Shown: positions 37,707 to 48,964, counted from the first letter of the stretch. The stretch is 53,068 bases of DNA from an uncultured Erysipelotrichaceae bacterium (GCA_902768335.1 CACXKR010000004.1:1-53068), one strand, 5' to 3'. Notes: generated by a model from the sequence alone, not told the origin. Translations and numbers: made by a program.

Positions 37707-38489
37707 ATGAAATTTCCATTCTTAGGAATTAGAATAGACGACATTAGCAAAGAAGAACTGCTTAAACAGTATTCTTTAGATATTGATCAAAACAAGAAAA
37801 CTTTGACTGTAACATCAAACCTCGACACCTTACGTTTATGTTACAAAGATAAAGAAGTTCGTGCAGCCTATAACCTTGGGACTTATTCTACTATCGATGG
37901 AGTTCCTCTTCTTTGGATTGCTAAGTGGCTAAAACTTAAAAACCTAAAAACAAAGATTTCTGGGTCTGATTTAGGAATAGATGTTTTAAAACTCTTAAAT
38001 GAGAAAAAAGGCAAATTATTCCTATTTGGTGGAAAAGAAGGCGTTGCGACAAAGGCTAAAGAAAAAATCAATGAACAATATCCTGAAATTAATGTTGTTG
38101 GTACTTCAACACCAGAATTTGGTTATGAAAAAAACGAAGAGCTTTGTAAACAATATATCGAAGAGATTAATGCTTCTAAACCAGATGTCGTTTTCTTATG
38201 TACAGGTTGTCCTAAGACCGAAAAGTTTTTCGCAAAACATTATGATTTATTTACGAATGCAGCATATTTCACCATTGGAGCGACAATCGATTTTATTGCT
38301 GGAAGCGTCAAACGCGCTCCAAAATGGATGAGTAAAATTGGTCTAGAATGGCTCTATCGTTTAACCAAAGATTTTAGACGTCTCTTTAAGAGATATTGGC
38401 TAGATGGCTGGTTTTTGATTAAAATATGGTTTGTTACCCATTTTAATAAAAAGAAAGTTAATAAATTAAACGACGAATTATCGTCATGA
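37707..38489 (+). CDS. WecB/TagA/CpsF-family glycosyltransferase (GT26)
   Basis: DGVP, ISGSDL, LFLFGG, GCPKTE, GATIDF and [17 protein letters not shown]. Confidence 0.92.
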   Translation: MKFPFLGIRIDDISKEELLKQYSLDIDQNKKTLTVTSNLDTLRLCYKDKEVRAAYNLGTYSTIDGVPLLWIAKWLKLKNLKTKISGSDLGIDVLKLLNEKKGKLFLFGGKEGVATKAKEKINEQYPEINVVGTSTPEFGYEKNEELCKQYIEEINASKPDVVFLCTGCPKTEKFFAKHYDLFTNAAYFTIGATIDFIAGSVKRAPKWMSKIGLEWLYRLTKDFRRLFKRYWLDGWFLIKIWFVTHFNKKKVNKLNDELSS

Positions 38490-38500
38490 AAGGATTTCTT

Positions 38501-39388
38501 ATGAAAGGTATTATTCTTGCAGGAGGAAGTGGAACTAGATTATATCCACTTACCAAAGTTACTAGTAAACAACTTTTACCAGTTTACGATAAACCAATGA
38601 TTTATTATCCGCTCAGCATTTTAATGCTAGCAGGTATTAGAGATATTTTGATTATCTCCACTCCAGAAGACACTCCAAGATTTAAGGAACTCTTAAAAGA
38701 TGGTTCCGATTTTGGAATCAATTTATCTTATGTTGTTCAACCATCTCCAGATGGTCTTGCTCAAGCCTTCATCTTAGGTGAAGAGTTTATTGGCGACGAT
38801 GCTTGTGCGATGATTCTTGGCGATAATATCTTTTATGGAAACGGACTTAAACATAGCTTAGCTGAAAGCGTTAAACGCGCTGAAAAGGGTGTTGCTACTG
38901 TCTTTGGCTATTATGTTAACGATCCAGAACGTTTCGGTGTTGTTGAATTTAATCCTGTTACCAAAGAGCCAATCAACATCGTTGAAAAACCGAAAGAGCC
39001 TAAATCCAACTACGCTGTTACAGGTTTATATTTCTATCCAAAGGGTGTTTCCAAAGTTGCAAAAGGTATTAAACCTTCACCACGTGGAGAACTTGAAATC
39101 ACCGATTTAAACAACGTTTATCTTAACGAGAAAAAACTTTCGATAGAATTTTTAGGACGCGGTTGTTCTTGGCTTGATACCGGAACTCACGAATCACTTG
39201 TTGATGCATCAATCTTTGTTAAAACTATCGAAGATAAAATGGGCTTAAAGATTTCCTGCCCAGAAGAAATCGGGTTTAGAAATGGTTGGCTAAAAAAAGA
39301 ACGTTTATTATCTATTGGTCAATCTATGGCGAAAAATCAATATGGTAGACATTTAATCAATGTCGCTGAAGGGAAGATTCTTGAATAA
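38501..39388 (+). CDS. rfbA: Glucose-1-phosphate thymidylyltransferase
   Basis: [40 protein letters not shown] and WLDTGT. Confidence 0.97.
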   Translation: MKGIILAGGSGTRLYPLTKVTSKQLLPVYDKPMIYYPLSILMLAGIRDILIISTPEDTPRFKELLKDGSDFGINLSYVVQPSPDGLAQAFILGEEFIGDDACAMILGDNIFYGNGLKHSLAESVKRAEKGVATVFGYYVNDPERFGVVEFNPVTKEPINIVEKPKEPKSNYAVTGLYFYPKGVSKVAKGIKPSPRGELEITDLNNVYLNEKKLSIEFLGRGCSWLDTGTHESLVDASIFVKTIEDKMGLKISCPEEIGFRNGWLKKERLLSIGQSMAKNQYGRHLINVAEGKILE

Positions 39389-39389
39389 T

Positions 39390-39953
39390 ATGGATAAGAC
39401 AGTTGGTAATTTTACATTTCATGAAACATCAATCAAAGGTGTCTACCGCATCGAGGTCAAACGTTTTGGTGATGAACGCGGTTATTTTATGGAGACTTAT
39501 AAAAAGTCTGACTTCGATGAAGCTGGTTTAAAATATAATTTCATCCAAGATAACCAATCCAAATCTAAAAAAGGTGTTCTTCGCGGTCTTCATTTGCAAA
39601 AACAATTCCCTCAAGCAAAGCTTGTTCGTTGCATTGAAGGCGAAGTTTTCGATGTCTGTGTCGATTTAAGAAAAGGTTCACCTACCTTTGGTAAATATGA
39701 ATGTAGTATTCTCTCCGCTGAAAAAGGCAATCAGTTTATGATTCCTAAGGGATTCGCTCACGGTTTCTTAGTTTTAAGTGAAAGCGCGACATTTTGTTAC
39801 AAAGTAGATGAGCTATATCATCCAGAAGATGAAGTTGGTATCGCCTATAATGATGAAGATCTAAATGTTGAATGGCCTTTAGAATTTGAGCCAATCCTAT
39901 CCGAAAAGGATAAAAAACAAAAATCATTCAAGGAAGTAATTAAACTTTTGTAA
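39390..39953 (+). CDS. rfbC: dTDP-4-dehydrorhamnose 3,5-epimerase
   Basis: DERGYFME, QDNQS, GVLRGLH, QAKLV and GFAHGF. Confidence 0.96.
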   Translation: MDKTVGNFTFHETSIKGVYRIEVKRFGDERGYFMETYKKSDFDEAGLKYNFIQDNQSKSKKGVLRGLHLQKQFPQAKLVRCIEGEVFDVCVDLRKGSPTFGKYECSILSAEKGNQFMIPKGFAHGFLVLSESATFCYKVDELYHPEDEVGIAYNDEDLNVEWPLEFEPILSEKDKKQKSFKEVIKLL

Positions 39954-39954
39954 T

Positions 39955-41754
39955 ATGAAAGACGTTTCGATTGTTTTAGTTAACTTTAACGCGTGCGCAT
40001 TATGCGTGGGCGCTGTTAAGAGCATATCCCAGAAATCGGATGGCTTTAGTTATGAAACAATCGTCGTCGATAATTCTAATAATCCTAGCGAACTATCTAA
40101 TCTAAAAGAGTCTTTAAAACAATATGGCACTAAGGTGATAGATGCTAGAGGTAACGTTGGTTTCGGTGCTGCAAATAACATCGGAGCAAATCGTGCAGAA
40201 GGAAAATATCTTTTCTTCCTCAACAATGACACATTGCTAGTGAATAACGCTATTTATGAATTGTTTAAATTCATGGAAGAACATAATGATGTTGGAGTAG
40301 TCGGAAGTAACTTATATAACAAAGAAAACCAACCGACCCATTCCTTTATTCCGGTCGAGAAAAACATTGCTTTTGAAAAGAAATACGAATCGATTCGTGG
40401 ACATATTAAATATATTTCAAGAGGCAAAAGGTTTGACTTTAACTATAGTGACACCCCACTAGAGATTCATGGCTATTGTTGTGGCGCAGCCTTCATGATG
40501 AGAAAAGAAGACTTTGATAAGCTCGGTGGTTTTGATAAGGACATCTTCATGTATGGCGAAGAATCACTTCTTGAATATCGCTTAATTCATGAACTGAATA
40601 AAAAGATTTATAACATCTCATCTTCAAAAATAATTCATTTTGAAGGCTCTTCCTATGATTCATTTTCTCAAAGGAGGATTCGTGAAGTTGCTTTAGGCAC
40701 TTCCACCTATTACCGCAAAGCCTTCAATTTAGGGGAAGCAATCAAATATTTAAAATTTCATTATAAGAATTTCAAAAGAAAAAGATTGTTATCCGCTCTT
40801 TTGTTAAAGAGAAAATTATCTAAACAATTTAAAATAAAAGCTCAAATATATTTGAATCAATTAAAAGTTGAGGAAGGTAAACAAAAGATGAAAATACTCG
40901 TTACCGGTGTCAAAGGTCAACTCGGCTACGACTGCGTTAAAGAACTCACAAAAAGAGGTTATAAAAATGTTCTTGGTATCGATATCAATGAACTCGATAT
41001 AACCAATGAAAAGGCAGTGCATAAATTCATAAACGAATATAAACCTGATGTCGTGATGCATAATGCAGCCTGGACAGCAGTGGATAAAGCTGAAGAGATG
41101 AAAGACCTCGTTTACAAAGTAAATGCCTTAGGTCCTAAATATATCGCTGAAGCCTGCAAGGAGGCCGGAGCGAAACTTGTCTATATTTCAACCGACTATG
41201 TCTTTGATGGTAAAGGCGACAAACCTTTTGAAGTTGATTCTCCAAAAGTAGGATTATCTACCTATGGTAGAACCAAAGCTCAAGGCGAGGATTTTGTCAT
41301 CTCGAGTTTAGATAAGTATTTCATCGTCCGTATCTCGTGGGTATTTGGTATCAACGGCAATAACTTTGTTAAAACAATGTTAAAACTTGCAGATAACGGC
41401 AAAAAAGAGTTAAATGTTGTCTCTGATCAAATTGGTTCAGTTACATATACGCCTGATTTAGCGAGATTACTTGTCGATATGATTGAAACCGACAAATATG
41501 GCATCTATCATGCGACGAACGAAGGCTATATTTCTTGGGCGGATTTCGCAAAAGAAATATTCGCTTTAGCAAACAAAGATGTTAAGGTTAACTATGTTAC
41601 AACCGAAGAATATAAAAAGCTTGTTCCAAATCAAACGGATCGTCCTCTCAATTCACGTTTATCAAAGAAATCACTTGACGATGCTGGATTTAGAAGATTA
41701 CCAGATTGGAAAGACGCTTTAGAAAGATATCTCAAAGAGATAAAAGAGAATTAA
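39955..41754 (+). CDS. rfbD: Fusion of a GT2 glycosyltransferase (WbbL-like) and dTDP-4-dehydrorhamnose reductase (RmlD part starts at 40888)
   Basis: N-half: [34 protein letters not shown]-half: [40 protein letters not shown]. Confidence 0.9.
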   Translation: MKDVSIVLVNFNACALCVGAVKSISQKSDGFSYETIVVDNSNNPSELSNLKESLKQYGTKVIDARGNVGFGAANNIGANRAEGKYLFFLNNDTLLVNNAIYELFKFMEEHNDVGVVGSNLYNKENQPTHSFIPVEKNIAFEKKYESIRGHIKYISRGKRFDFNYSDTPLEIHGYCCGAAFMMRKEDFDKLGGFDKDIFMYGEESLLEYRLIHELNKKIYNISSSKIIHFEGSSYDSFSQRRIREVALGTSTYYRKAFNLGEAIKYLKFHYKNFKRKRLLSALLLKRKLSKQFKIKAQIYLNQLKVEEGKQKMKILVTGVKGQLGYDCVKELTKRGYKNVLGIDINELDITNEKAVHKFINEYKPDVVMHNAAWTAVDKAEEMKDLVYKVNALGPKYIAEACKEAGAKLVYISTDYVFDGKGDKPFEVDSPKVGLSTYGRTKAQGEDFVISSLDKYFIVRISWVFGINGNNFVKTMLKLADNGKKELNVVSDQIGSVTYTPDLARLLVDMIETDKYGIYHATNEGYISWADFAKEIFALANKDVKVNYVTTEEYKKLVPNQTDRPLNSRLSKKSLDDAGFRRLPDWKDALERYLKEIKEN

Positions 41755-41755
41755 T

Positions 41756-42388
41756 ATGATTAAAGAACACTTAAAGAGGCGAAAAATCAACAAACTTTGG
41801 CGAAGCAAGAACAAACACAATTCAACGACAATTGTTTTATATGATAACAATGTTGAGTCGCTTGATAATGTCCATGTCGGTCGCTACACCTACGGTGAGA
41901 TTAAACCATTTATCTTTAGCAAAGATTATCACCTAAGAATTGGTAGTTTCTGTTCAATTGCCCCAAATGTTTGCTTTGTAGTTTCTGGAGACCATCATTT
42001 AGATCATCTGACCTCGTTTCCATTTTATTCAAAATGTATCGATGGTAGAAGCGAAGCAATCTCCAAAGGAGATATCGTTATTGAAGACGATGTTTGGATC
42101 GGCGTAAATGCAACCATTCTTTCTGGCGTTAAAATCGCTCAAGGTGCAGTTGTTGCTGCAGGTGCAGTTGTTACCAAAGACGTGCCTCCATATGCGATTG
42201 TAGGGGGTAATCCTGCTAAAGTTATTAAATATCGCTTCGATGAAGCAACCATTAAAAAGTTACTAAAAATTGATTTCGATAAAATTAACGATGAATATAT
42301 TAAAAATAATCTAGATTCGTTATACGAAAAGATAGATTCAAAAAATATCGATGTTTTATTAAAAGACATTTCGAAAAAAGGAGAATAA
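41756..42388 (+). CDS. CatB/Vat-related hexapeptide-repeat acetyltransferase
   Basis: [35 protein letters not shown] and [12 protein letters not shown]. Confidence 0.9.
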   Translation: MIKEHLKRRKINKLWRSKNKHNSTTIVLYDNNVESLDNVHVGRYTYGEIKPFIFSKDYHLRIGSFCSIAPNVCFVVSGDHHLDHLTSFPFYSKCIDGRSEAISKGDIVIEDDVWIGVNATILSGVKIAQGAVVAAGAVVTKDVPPYAIVGGNPAKVIKYRFDEATIKKLLKIDFDKINDEYIKNNLDSLYEKIDSKNIDVLLKDISKKGE

Positions 42389-42390
42389 TT

Positions 42391-43404
42391 ATGGCGAAAT
42401 TCTTAGTTACTGGAGGAGCCGGATTTATCGGTGGAAACTTCCTCCACATCATGACCAACAAATACCCAGAGGATGAATACGTTTGTCTCGACGCTTTAAC
42501 GTATGCGGGCAATATGGAGACGCTTGAACCGATTATGAACAAGAAAAACTTCAAGTTTGTCCATATGAATATCTGTGACCGCGAAAACGTCTTCAAACTC
42601 TTTGAAAAAGAACATTTTGATTACGTTATTAACTTTGCTGCTGAATCACATGTTGACCGCAGCATTGAAAACCCAGAAATTTTTCTAAAGACAAATATCT
42701 TAGGAACGCAAGTTTTAATGGATGCTTGCCGTAAATACGGCATCAAACGTTATCACCAAGTTTCAACAGATGAAGTTTATGGTGATCTCCCACTTGATCG
42801 TCCTGATTTATTCTTCCACGAAGATACTCCAATTAAAACTTCTTCACCTTATAGCGCTTCGAAAGCTGCGGCTGATTTACTTGTCCTTGCCTATCATAGA
42901 ACCTTTGGTTTACCAGTTACTATTTCACGTTGTTCAAATAACTATGGTCCATATCATTTTCCAGAGAAACTAATTCCGTTAATGATTCAAAAAGCACTTA
43001 GAAACGAACCTTTACCTGTTTATGGAAAAGGTGAGAATGTTCGTGACTGGCTTTATGTTGGTGATCACTGTAACGCAATTGATTTAGTTGTTAGACATGG
43101 TCGCGACGGCGAAGTTTATAACATCGGTGGTCATAACGAAAGAACTAATTTACAAGTTGTTAAAACAATTTTAAAAGCCTTAGATAAACCTGAATCACTT
43201 ATTTCATACGTTAAAGATCGTCCAGGTCACGACCTTCGTTATGCGATGGATCCAACTAAGATCGAAAGCGAATTAGGCTGGAAACCAGAACACAACTTTG
43301 ACACCGGCATTCAAGAAACCATTAAATGGAATTTAGAGAACCAGAAATGGCTACATAACGTTGAATCCGGCGAATACATGAAATGGATGGAGAGATATAA
43401 ATAA
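42391..43404 (+). CDS. rfbB: dTDP-glucose 4,6-dehydratase
   Basis: TGGAGFIG, LTYAGN, AAESHVDRSI, STDEVYG, YSASKA and DRPGHD. Confidence 0.97.
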   Translation: MAKFLVTGGAGFIGGNFLHIMTNKYPEDEYVCLDALTYAGNMETLEPIMNKKNFKFVHMNICDRENVFKLFEKEHFDYVINFAAESHVDRSIENPEIFLKTNILGTQVLMDACRKYGIKRYHQVSTDEVYGDLPLDRPDLFFHEDTPIKTSSPYSASKAAADLLVLAYHRTFGLPVTISRCSNNYGPYHFPEKLIPLMIQKALRNEPLPVYGKGENVRDWLYVGDHCNAIDLVVRHGRDGEVYNIGGHNERTNLQVVKTILKALDKPESLISYVKDRPGHDLRYAMDPTKIESELGWKPEHNFDTGIQETIKWNLENQKWLHNVESGEYMKWMERYK

Positions 43405-44528
43405 TGGAAATTAACTCCAACAAAGTTAATGTTATTGCCTTTTATTTGCCACAATTTCACACCATCCCTGAAAACGATGATGCTTATGGCAAAGGTTTTA
43501 CTGAATGGACAAACGTTAAAAAGGCCAAACCACTCTTCGAAGGTCATAGACAACCTCGAGTACCTTTAAACGACAATTATTATTGTTTGCTCGATAATGG
43601 TAAAACTATGAAAGAACAAGCTAAACTTGCCCAGGATAATGGGGTGTTTGGCTTTTGCTATTACCATTATTATTTTAAAAACGGAAAGAAACTTCTTGAA
43701 AAGCCTCTTGAGGAAATGCTTGAGAATAAGGAAATCGATATTCCGTTCTGCATGTGTTGGGCTAATGAAAACTGGTCCAAAAGATGGGATGGCGGCAATA
43801 ACGAAGTCATCGTTGAGCAAAACTATGATGACCTCGAAGGAATCGAAGAGCATGTTAAATATTTATCAAAATTCCTTGCAGATCCCCGTTATATAACTGT
43901 TAATGGCGCGCCGCTTCTTCTTATTTATAAGCCTGATTTAATTCCAAATGTGAAGCAATATGTCGCTCGCATTAGAGAGTGTTTTAAGAAGAACGGATTC
44001 GACAAAGTTTTTATCGCTTCTCAATTCCCGACATATTATTTAAACAAGAAGCATCTTGAGATCTTTGATTATTATGTTCAATTTGAGCCGATGTTCACTG
44101 ATTACCGTGTGAAACAGGCTGCTCATCCATTTAGACAATTCTTAAAAAGACTCGCCATCAAACTTCATTTATATAAAACAATCAAGAAAGCTCAAAAGAA
44201 GCCGACCTCTCTCACTCATATGAACTATGATGAAAAGTGGCAAAACAATTTATCTTTTAAAGTTAACGATAAAAGACTTATTGCAGGTGCTTTTGCAGAT
44301 TGGGATAATACTGCACGCAATAAAAATGGAACCGTTTATGATGGAGTAAGTGTTGAAAAGTTTGCTTCATATTTTGATTCATTAACTCAAAAAGTGAAAA
44401 AAGAGTATTCTCTACCCATTATTTTCATTAACGCCTGGAATGAATGGGCTGAAGGAACATATCTCGAGCCTGATACCGATCATGAATATGGTTATTTAAA
44501 GGCAATTAAACACGCTATAGAAAAGTAG
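43404..44528 (+). CDS. WbsX/GH99-like domain protein
   Basis: AFYLPQFH, GFTEWTNV, FCYYHY, WANENW, WDNTAR and INAWNEWAEG..LEPD. Confidence 0.88.
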   Translation: MEINSNKVNVIAFYLPQFHTIPENDDAYGKGFTEWTNVKKAKPLFEGHRQPRVPLNDNYYCLLDNGKTMKEQAKLAQDNGVFGFCYYHYYFKNGKKLLEKPLEEMLENKEIDIPFCMCWANENWSKRWDGGNNEVIVEQNYDDLEGIEEHVKYLSKFLADPRYITVNGAPLLLIYKPDLIPNVKQYVARIRECFKKNGFDKVFIASQFPTYYLNKKHLEIFDYYVQFEPMFTDYRVKQAAHPFRQFLKRLAIKLHLYKTIKKAQKKPTSLTHMNYDEKWQNNLSFKVNDKRLIAGAFADWDNTARNKNGTVYDGVSVEKFASYFDSLTQKVKKEYSLPIIFINAWNEWAEGTYLEPDTDHEYGYLKAIKHAIEK

Positions 44529-44536
44529 GTGATTAT

Positions 44537-45553
44537 ATGATTTTAGTAAAAACCCCATTTAGAATGTCTTTCTTCGGTGGAGGCACAGATTTACCAGATT
44601 ATTTTAATGCTAATAGAGGAGCGGTTATTTCAACTGCTTTTGATAAGTATTTACACTTAACAGTTCGACATTTGCCGAGATTTTTCGATTATACAACCGA
44701 AATTGTCTACTCAAAAATTGAACGTGTCACTAAGCTTGATGACATCAATCACCCACTTGTTAGAAATGCGATGAAATATCTCGATATTCATGAGATGCAT
44801 ATTTCCTATGACGCTGATTTACCCGCAAGAAGTGGCTTAGGAACCTCTTCAACCTTTGCGGTCGGTTTATTAAATGCCTTTTATCATCTCAAAGGTAAAA
44901 AAGCTTCAAAACGTAAATTGGCAGATGACGCTATCTATGTTGAAAGAGTGCTCTGCAATGAAGCAGGCGGATGGCAAGATCAAATCGCTGTCGCTTATGG
45001 TGGTTTTAATCGTATAGATTTTAAAGATAACGATTACAAAGTGACTCCAATTAAAATTTCTAAAAAACGAAGACAACAATTATCCGATAATCTTCTTTTG
45101 TTCTTTACAGGATTCACTCGTTTCTCATCTGAAATTCAAAAAGAAACTAAATCCGCTCTAGATGATGAAAAGAAAAGAATATTTCTCGATAAGATATTAA
45201 ATCTTGTTGATGAAGCTCAAGATGTTCTTGAAAATTCAAAGAGAGATCTAGATGATTTTGGTCGTCTTTTAGACGAAACTTGGAATCTTAAAAAGAATCT
45301 TTCTAATTCTATTTCGAATAGTTCTATTGATCTTATTTATGAGAAGGCTAAAAAAGCTGGCGCTTTAGGTGGCAAACTTTTAGGCGCTGGTGGTGGAGGC
45401 TTCCTTGTCTTTTATGTACCAAAAGAGAAACAAGAAAAAGTACGTGAAGCAGTTCAACTTATGGAAGTTCCTTTCGAATTCGAAGATAAAGGTAGTGAAA
45501 TCGTCTACCAAAGCTCTGAAGTTTACGATATTAACGAAAACATTGAACAATGA
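44537..45553 (+). CDS. hddA: D-glycero-alpha-D-manno-heptose 7-phosphate kinase (GHMP)
   Basis: TPFRMSFFGGGTD, PARSGLGTSS, GWQDQ..AYGG and GGKLLGAGGGGF. Confidence 0.88.
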   Translation: MILVKTPFRMSFFGGGTDLPDYFNANRGAVISTAFDKYLHLTVRHLPRFFDYTTEIVYSKIERVTKLDDINHPLVRNAMKYLDIHEMHISYDADLPARSGLGTSSTFAVGLLNAFYHLKGKKASKRKLADDAIYVERVLCNEAGGWQDQIAVAYGGFNRIDFKDNDYKVTPIKISKKRRQQLSDNLLLFFTGFTRFSSEIQKETKSALDDEKKRIFLDKILNLVDEAQDVLENSKRDLDDFGRLLDETWNLKKNLSNSISNSSIDLIYEKAKKAGALGGKLLGAGGGGFLVFYVPKEKQEKVREAVQLMEVPFEFEDKGSEIVYQSSEVYDINENIEQ

Positions 45554-46827
45554 AAGCTGTCATTTGTGCAGGTGGCAAAGGCTCACGAATATCATCGCTC
45601 TTTAATGATATTCCTAAGCCGATGATTAAATTTGGTGATAAACCAATTTTAGAACATGAAATAATTTGCCTTAGAGATCAAGGCTTTAAGGATATTATCC
45701 TCACCATTTCCCATATGGGAGATATCATTAAAGAATATTTTAAGGATGGAAAGTGGTTAGGGGTTAATATTGATTATTATTTTGAAGAAACACCTTTAGG
45801 AAACGCTGGAGCGTTATTTAAAATAAAAGATAAATTAACAGAAGATTTCTTACTCTTAAATGCAGACTCAATGTTCGACATTGATTTCAATCGCTTTGTT
45901 AAGTTTCATAAGTCTAAAGGAGGCTTAGCTTCTATTTTTGTTCATCCTAATTATCATCCATATGATAGCGGAATTGTTTTTATCGATGAGAATGATTCGG
46001 TTACAAAATGGCTCGCTAAAGAAGACGACAAACCAAGATGGTATCGTAATTTAGTAAATGCTGGAATTCATATCTTGTCTCCAAAACTCTTGGAGCAATC
46101 TTTTGAGCAAGAAAAAATCGATTTAGATAGAATGATTTTAAAGCCACTCTGTGGGACGAATAAATTATTTGCTTATCAAAGTTCTGAATATGTTAGAGAT
46201 ATGGGCACCCCAGATCGCTTTTATTCGGTTAGTAAAGATTTTGAAAGCGGTCTTGTTCATAAACGTAATCTAGTTAATAAGCAAAAGGCAATTTTTCTTG
46301 ACCGCGATGGAACAATAAATAAATATGTAGGATTTTTAAGAAACATTGATGATTTTGAATTGCTTCCTAACGTCGCTAAAGCGATTAGAATGATCAATGA
46401 TTCAGAATACCTCGCTATTGTTGTGAGCAATCAACCAGTTGTTGCTCGCGGAGAAGTTAGCTTTGAAGAACTTGATGAAATCCATAATAAGATGGAAACA
46501 CTACTTGGAAACGAAGGTGCATATTTAGATGCAATATATTATTGTCCCCATCATCCCGATAAAGGATTTAAAGGAGAAAGAAAAGAACTTAAAATTGACT
46601 GCGACTGTCGTAAACCAAAAATAGGTCTTCTTTTAAAAGCAAAAGAACGTTTCAATATTGATTTAGAATCATCCTACTTTGTAGGCGACACATCTTTAGA
46701 TATTCAAACTGGCAAAAACGCGAAAATGAAAACGATTCTAATAAAAACTGGCTCAACCGATGATAGATACGATGCTGAGCCAGATTATGTAATTAATGAT
46801 TTAACTGAAATCAAAGATATTATTTAA
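45550..46827 (+). CDS. Fused heptose-1-phosphate guanylyltransferase (HddC-like) and heptose-1,7-bisphosphate phosphatase (GmhB)
   Basis: AGGKGSR, PKPM, PLGNAG and DMGTP, followed by FLDRDGT, SNQP, CPHHP, CDCRKP and VGD. Confidence 0.9.
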   Translation: MKAVICAGGKGSRISSLFNDIPKPMIKFGDKPILEHEIICLRDQGFKDIILTISHMGDIIKEYFKDGKWLGVNIDYYFEETPLGNAGALFKIKDKLTEDFLLLNADSMFDIDFNRFVKFHKSKGGLASIFVHPNYHPYDSGIVFIDENDSVTKWLAKEDDKPRWYRNLVNAGIHILSPKLLEQSFEQEKIDLDRMILKPLCGTNKLFAYQSSEYVRDMGTPDRFYSVSKDFESGLVHKRNLVNKQKAIFLDRDGTINKYVGFLRNIDDFELLPNVAKAIRMINDSEYLAIVVSNQPVVARGEVSFEELDEIHNKMETLLGNEGAYLDAIYYCPHHPDKGFKGERKELKIDCDCRKPKIGLLLKAKERFNIDLESSYFVGDTSLDIQTGKNAKMKTILIKTGSTDDRYDAEPDYVINDLTEIKDII

Positions 46828-47450
46828 GCGAAGAAGTATTCTTCAATCTCTAAGCATATCGCGTGATATATTGGTAAGTGAAGCTCTTGAATTTTGAATG
46901 TTTCAACTTCGGGAGCTTTTATTGTAATATCACTGATTGAAGATAATTTGCTATCTTTTTGGCCAGTTAAAGAAACAACTTTGATATTCATTGCTTTTGC
47001 TACAGAAGCTGCATTTACAATATTTTTGGAATTTCCAGATGTGGAAATGCATAATAAAGCATCATTATTTTTAGCATAGCCTAAGACTTGTTGAGCATAG
47101 ACAAGCTCACTTACTCTATCATTCATTGTCGCGGTCATTAGTGAGGTTTCACTATTTAAAGAAATCGCAGGCAAAGAACCTTCCAAATTTGAGATTAATT
47201 CATCATCAAAAAGTGGATTCATTTTTAAGTTTTGCTCAATTTCTGCGGAGATTTTGCGTTTTTTGCAGAACGCTTTCATCAGTTCACCAACGATGTGCTG
47301 AGCATCAGATGCACTACCTCCGTTACCGCATATTAATAGCTTTCCACCTTTCTTATAAACTTCGATGAAAACTCTTGTCGCGTTTTCAATCTCAACTTTA
47401 CAAGACTTTAGCGATGGGTATCTATTAACTAATTCATCAATGTGTTTCAT
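46824..47450 (-). CDS. gmhA: Phosphoheptose isomerase (SIS domain)
   Basis: CGNGGSASDAQH, NDR, ISTSGNSKN and IQELH. Confidence 0.92.
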   Translation of the reverse strand: MKHIDELVNRYPSLKSCKVEIENATRVFIEVYKKGGKLLICGNGGSASDAQHIVGELMKAFCKKRKISAEIEQNLKMNPLFDDELISNLEGSLPAISLNSETSLMTATMNDRVSELVYAQQVLGYAKNNDALLCISTSGNSKNIVNAASVAKAMNIKVVSLTGQKDSKLSSISDITIKAPEVETFKIQELHLPIYHAICLEIEEYFFA

Positions 47451-47453
47451 AGA

Positions 47454-48908
47454 TTATTTTTCTTCTTTTTTGCTAACTGGTTTATTGATGTGAATAATCA
47501 TCACAACAATTGATGAAACTAAGAAGCCACCAATTAAGCCGATGATAATACCATATAAAACATTAACGTGATGTTCGACAGTAGCAAAGTTGCTGGTGAA
47601 GAAATTTACTTTGTTTTTATATGAATTATAAAGATTGTGATAAGCAGTTGTGCAGTTATCAGCATCTGTCTTCAAATCTTGGACTGAACCGTTAACTTTG
47701 CTAACAAAGGCATTACATTCGTCTTCCCATGTAGCTGGTTTAACACATCCAGATCCATTTCTTAAATATTGGATGGCGCCTTCTTTATCCGAAGCACCTT
47801 CTTTAATGGTAGAAAGATTGTCTAATGTAATATCAGATGGATCTTCTGGAACAACATAGCCGAGATTCTTTAATTCGGTTGCGGAATTATAAATATCAAG
47901 TTTAAATTCGTTGATATCTTCGGTTAAAGCGATAATTTTTTCGTTTAAGATATTTTTGTCTTCGACAGTTGTGATAGTGGTGGTTTGAACTAGCTTATCC
48001 AATGATTTTTCATAAGCATCAACCTTCACTAAGTCTTCACCGATACGAGCTTTATGCTCCTCCGCACGGCTGACAAGTTTTTCAACAGTATCGTTTGCTA
48101 AATCAACGTAGTGATTTAAGCGGTAATCATTTTTAAGGCTTTCAAATTTGGTGAATGTGCCAACGCTGTTTCTTTGGATGAAATCATTATATCTTGCTCT
48201 TAAGGAAACATTTTCTTCGACCAAAGAACCTTCGGTGAATTCTTCGTTCAAATCAGTATAAACACCTTTGATTGTTTTATATTGTTTTTCGAGTGTTTCG
48301 ATTCTATTGAATAAAGGCGAAGAAGCAAAATTATCACTTATGTAATTTGCAACAACATAAGAATTATTGGCTTTTGTAGCGACATTTAATTGATAAGATA
48401 CTAAATCTTTTATAAAAGCGCGTCCTTGATTAACATCTTTAAAATAAGATGCGCTAACCTTTAAGGTATATCTTTCAGGATAGAAATAAACCATTTTACC
48501 AGTTGTGGAATCGGTATAGCCTTCTCTTTCAATTGAAATCGCTCCGCTTTGAAGCATTGATTTAACGTTGATGTTTGCATATTCACTATTCGCTTCTTTA
48601 ACAGCAACCAAGCGATCTTCGCTAACAATATCAGAATAGTTGTAGATTGAGTTGTCTGCTAAATAATGCGTTAATTCGGAATATGCTAGATCGCTATTAT
48701 TCGCATCCTTTGGATCGATATGGAGATTGATATTGTAGTTGAATTCAGATGAAAGGCCTTCTTTCATTCTATTTAATCCGAATTTAACGAATAAATATCC
48801 TCCTAGTGTTGATAAAACGGTTGCGCCTATGACCCACCATTTGAATCTTTTAATTGATCCGAAATAGTTGGCTAAGGTTAGAGTGTTGACTTTTTCTTCT
48901 TCAGTCAT
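47454..48908 (-). CDS. Wzz-like two-TM protein with large coiled-coil loop (putative co-polymerase)
   Basis: N- and C-terminal TM segments (IIIGLIGGFLV) flanking a helical domain; located in the glycan locus. Confidence 0.55.
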   Translation of the reverse strand: MTEEEKVNTLTLANYFGSIKRFKWWVIGATVLSTLGGYLFVKFGLNRMKEGLSSEFNYNINLHIDPKDANNSDLAYSELTHYLADNSIYNYSDIVSEDRLVAVKEANSEYANINVKSMLQSGAISIEREGYTDSTTGKMVYFYPERYTLKVSASYFKDVNQGRAFIKDLVSYQLNVATKANNSYVVANYISDNFASSPLFNRIETLEKQYKTIKGVYTDLNEEFTEGSLVEENVSLRARYNDFIQRNSVGTFTKFESLKNDYRLNHYVDLANDTVEKLVSRAEEHKARIGEDLVKVDAYEKSLDKLVQTTTITTVEDKNILNEKIIALTEDINEFKLDIYNSATELKNLGYVVPEDPSDITLDNLSTIKEGASDKEGAIQYLRNGSGCVKPATWEDECNAFVSKVNGSVQDLKTDADNCTTAYHNLYNSYKNKVNFFTSNFATVEHHVNVLYGIIIGLIGGFLVSSIVVMIIHINKPVSKKEEK

Positions 48909-48940
48909 AATTTGTACCTCGTTTCTTTAAAAATTTTATA

Positions 48941-48960
48941 GTAATTGCAAGTAATTGCAA
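48941..48960. repeat. 10-bp tandem duplication GTAATTGCAA x2 in a putative minus-strand promoter
   Basis: Seen directly; the minus strand reads TTGCAA-N16-TAAAAT. Confidence 0.7.
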
Positions 48961-48964
48961 ATTA

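Noticed and set aside
41756-42388. Possible catB/vat antibiotic-resistance gene; repeat GGTGCAGTTGTT x2
   Set aside because: It is embedded in the rml glycan operon, so a sugar acetyltransferase is more likely; the repeat just encodes hexapeptide units.
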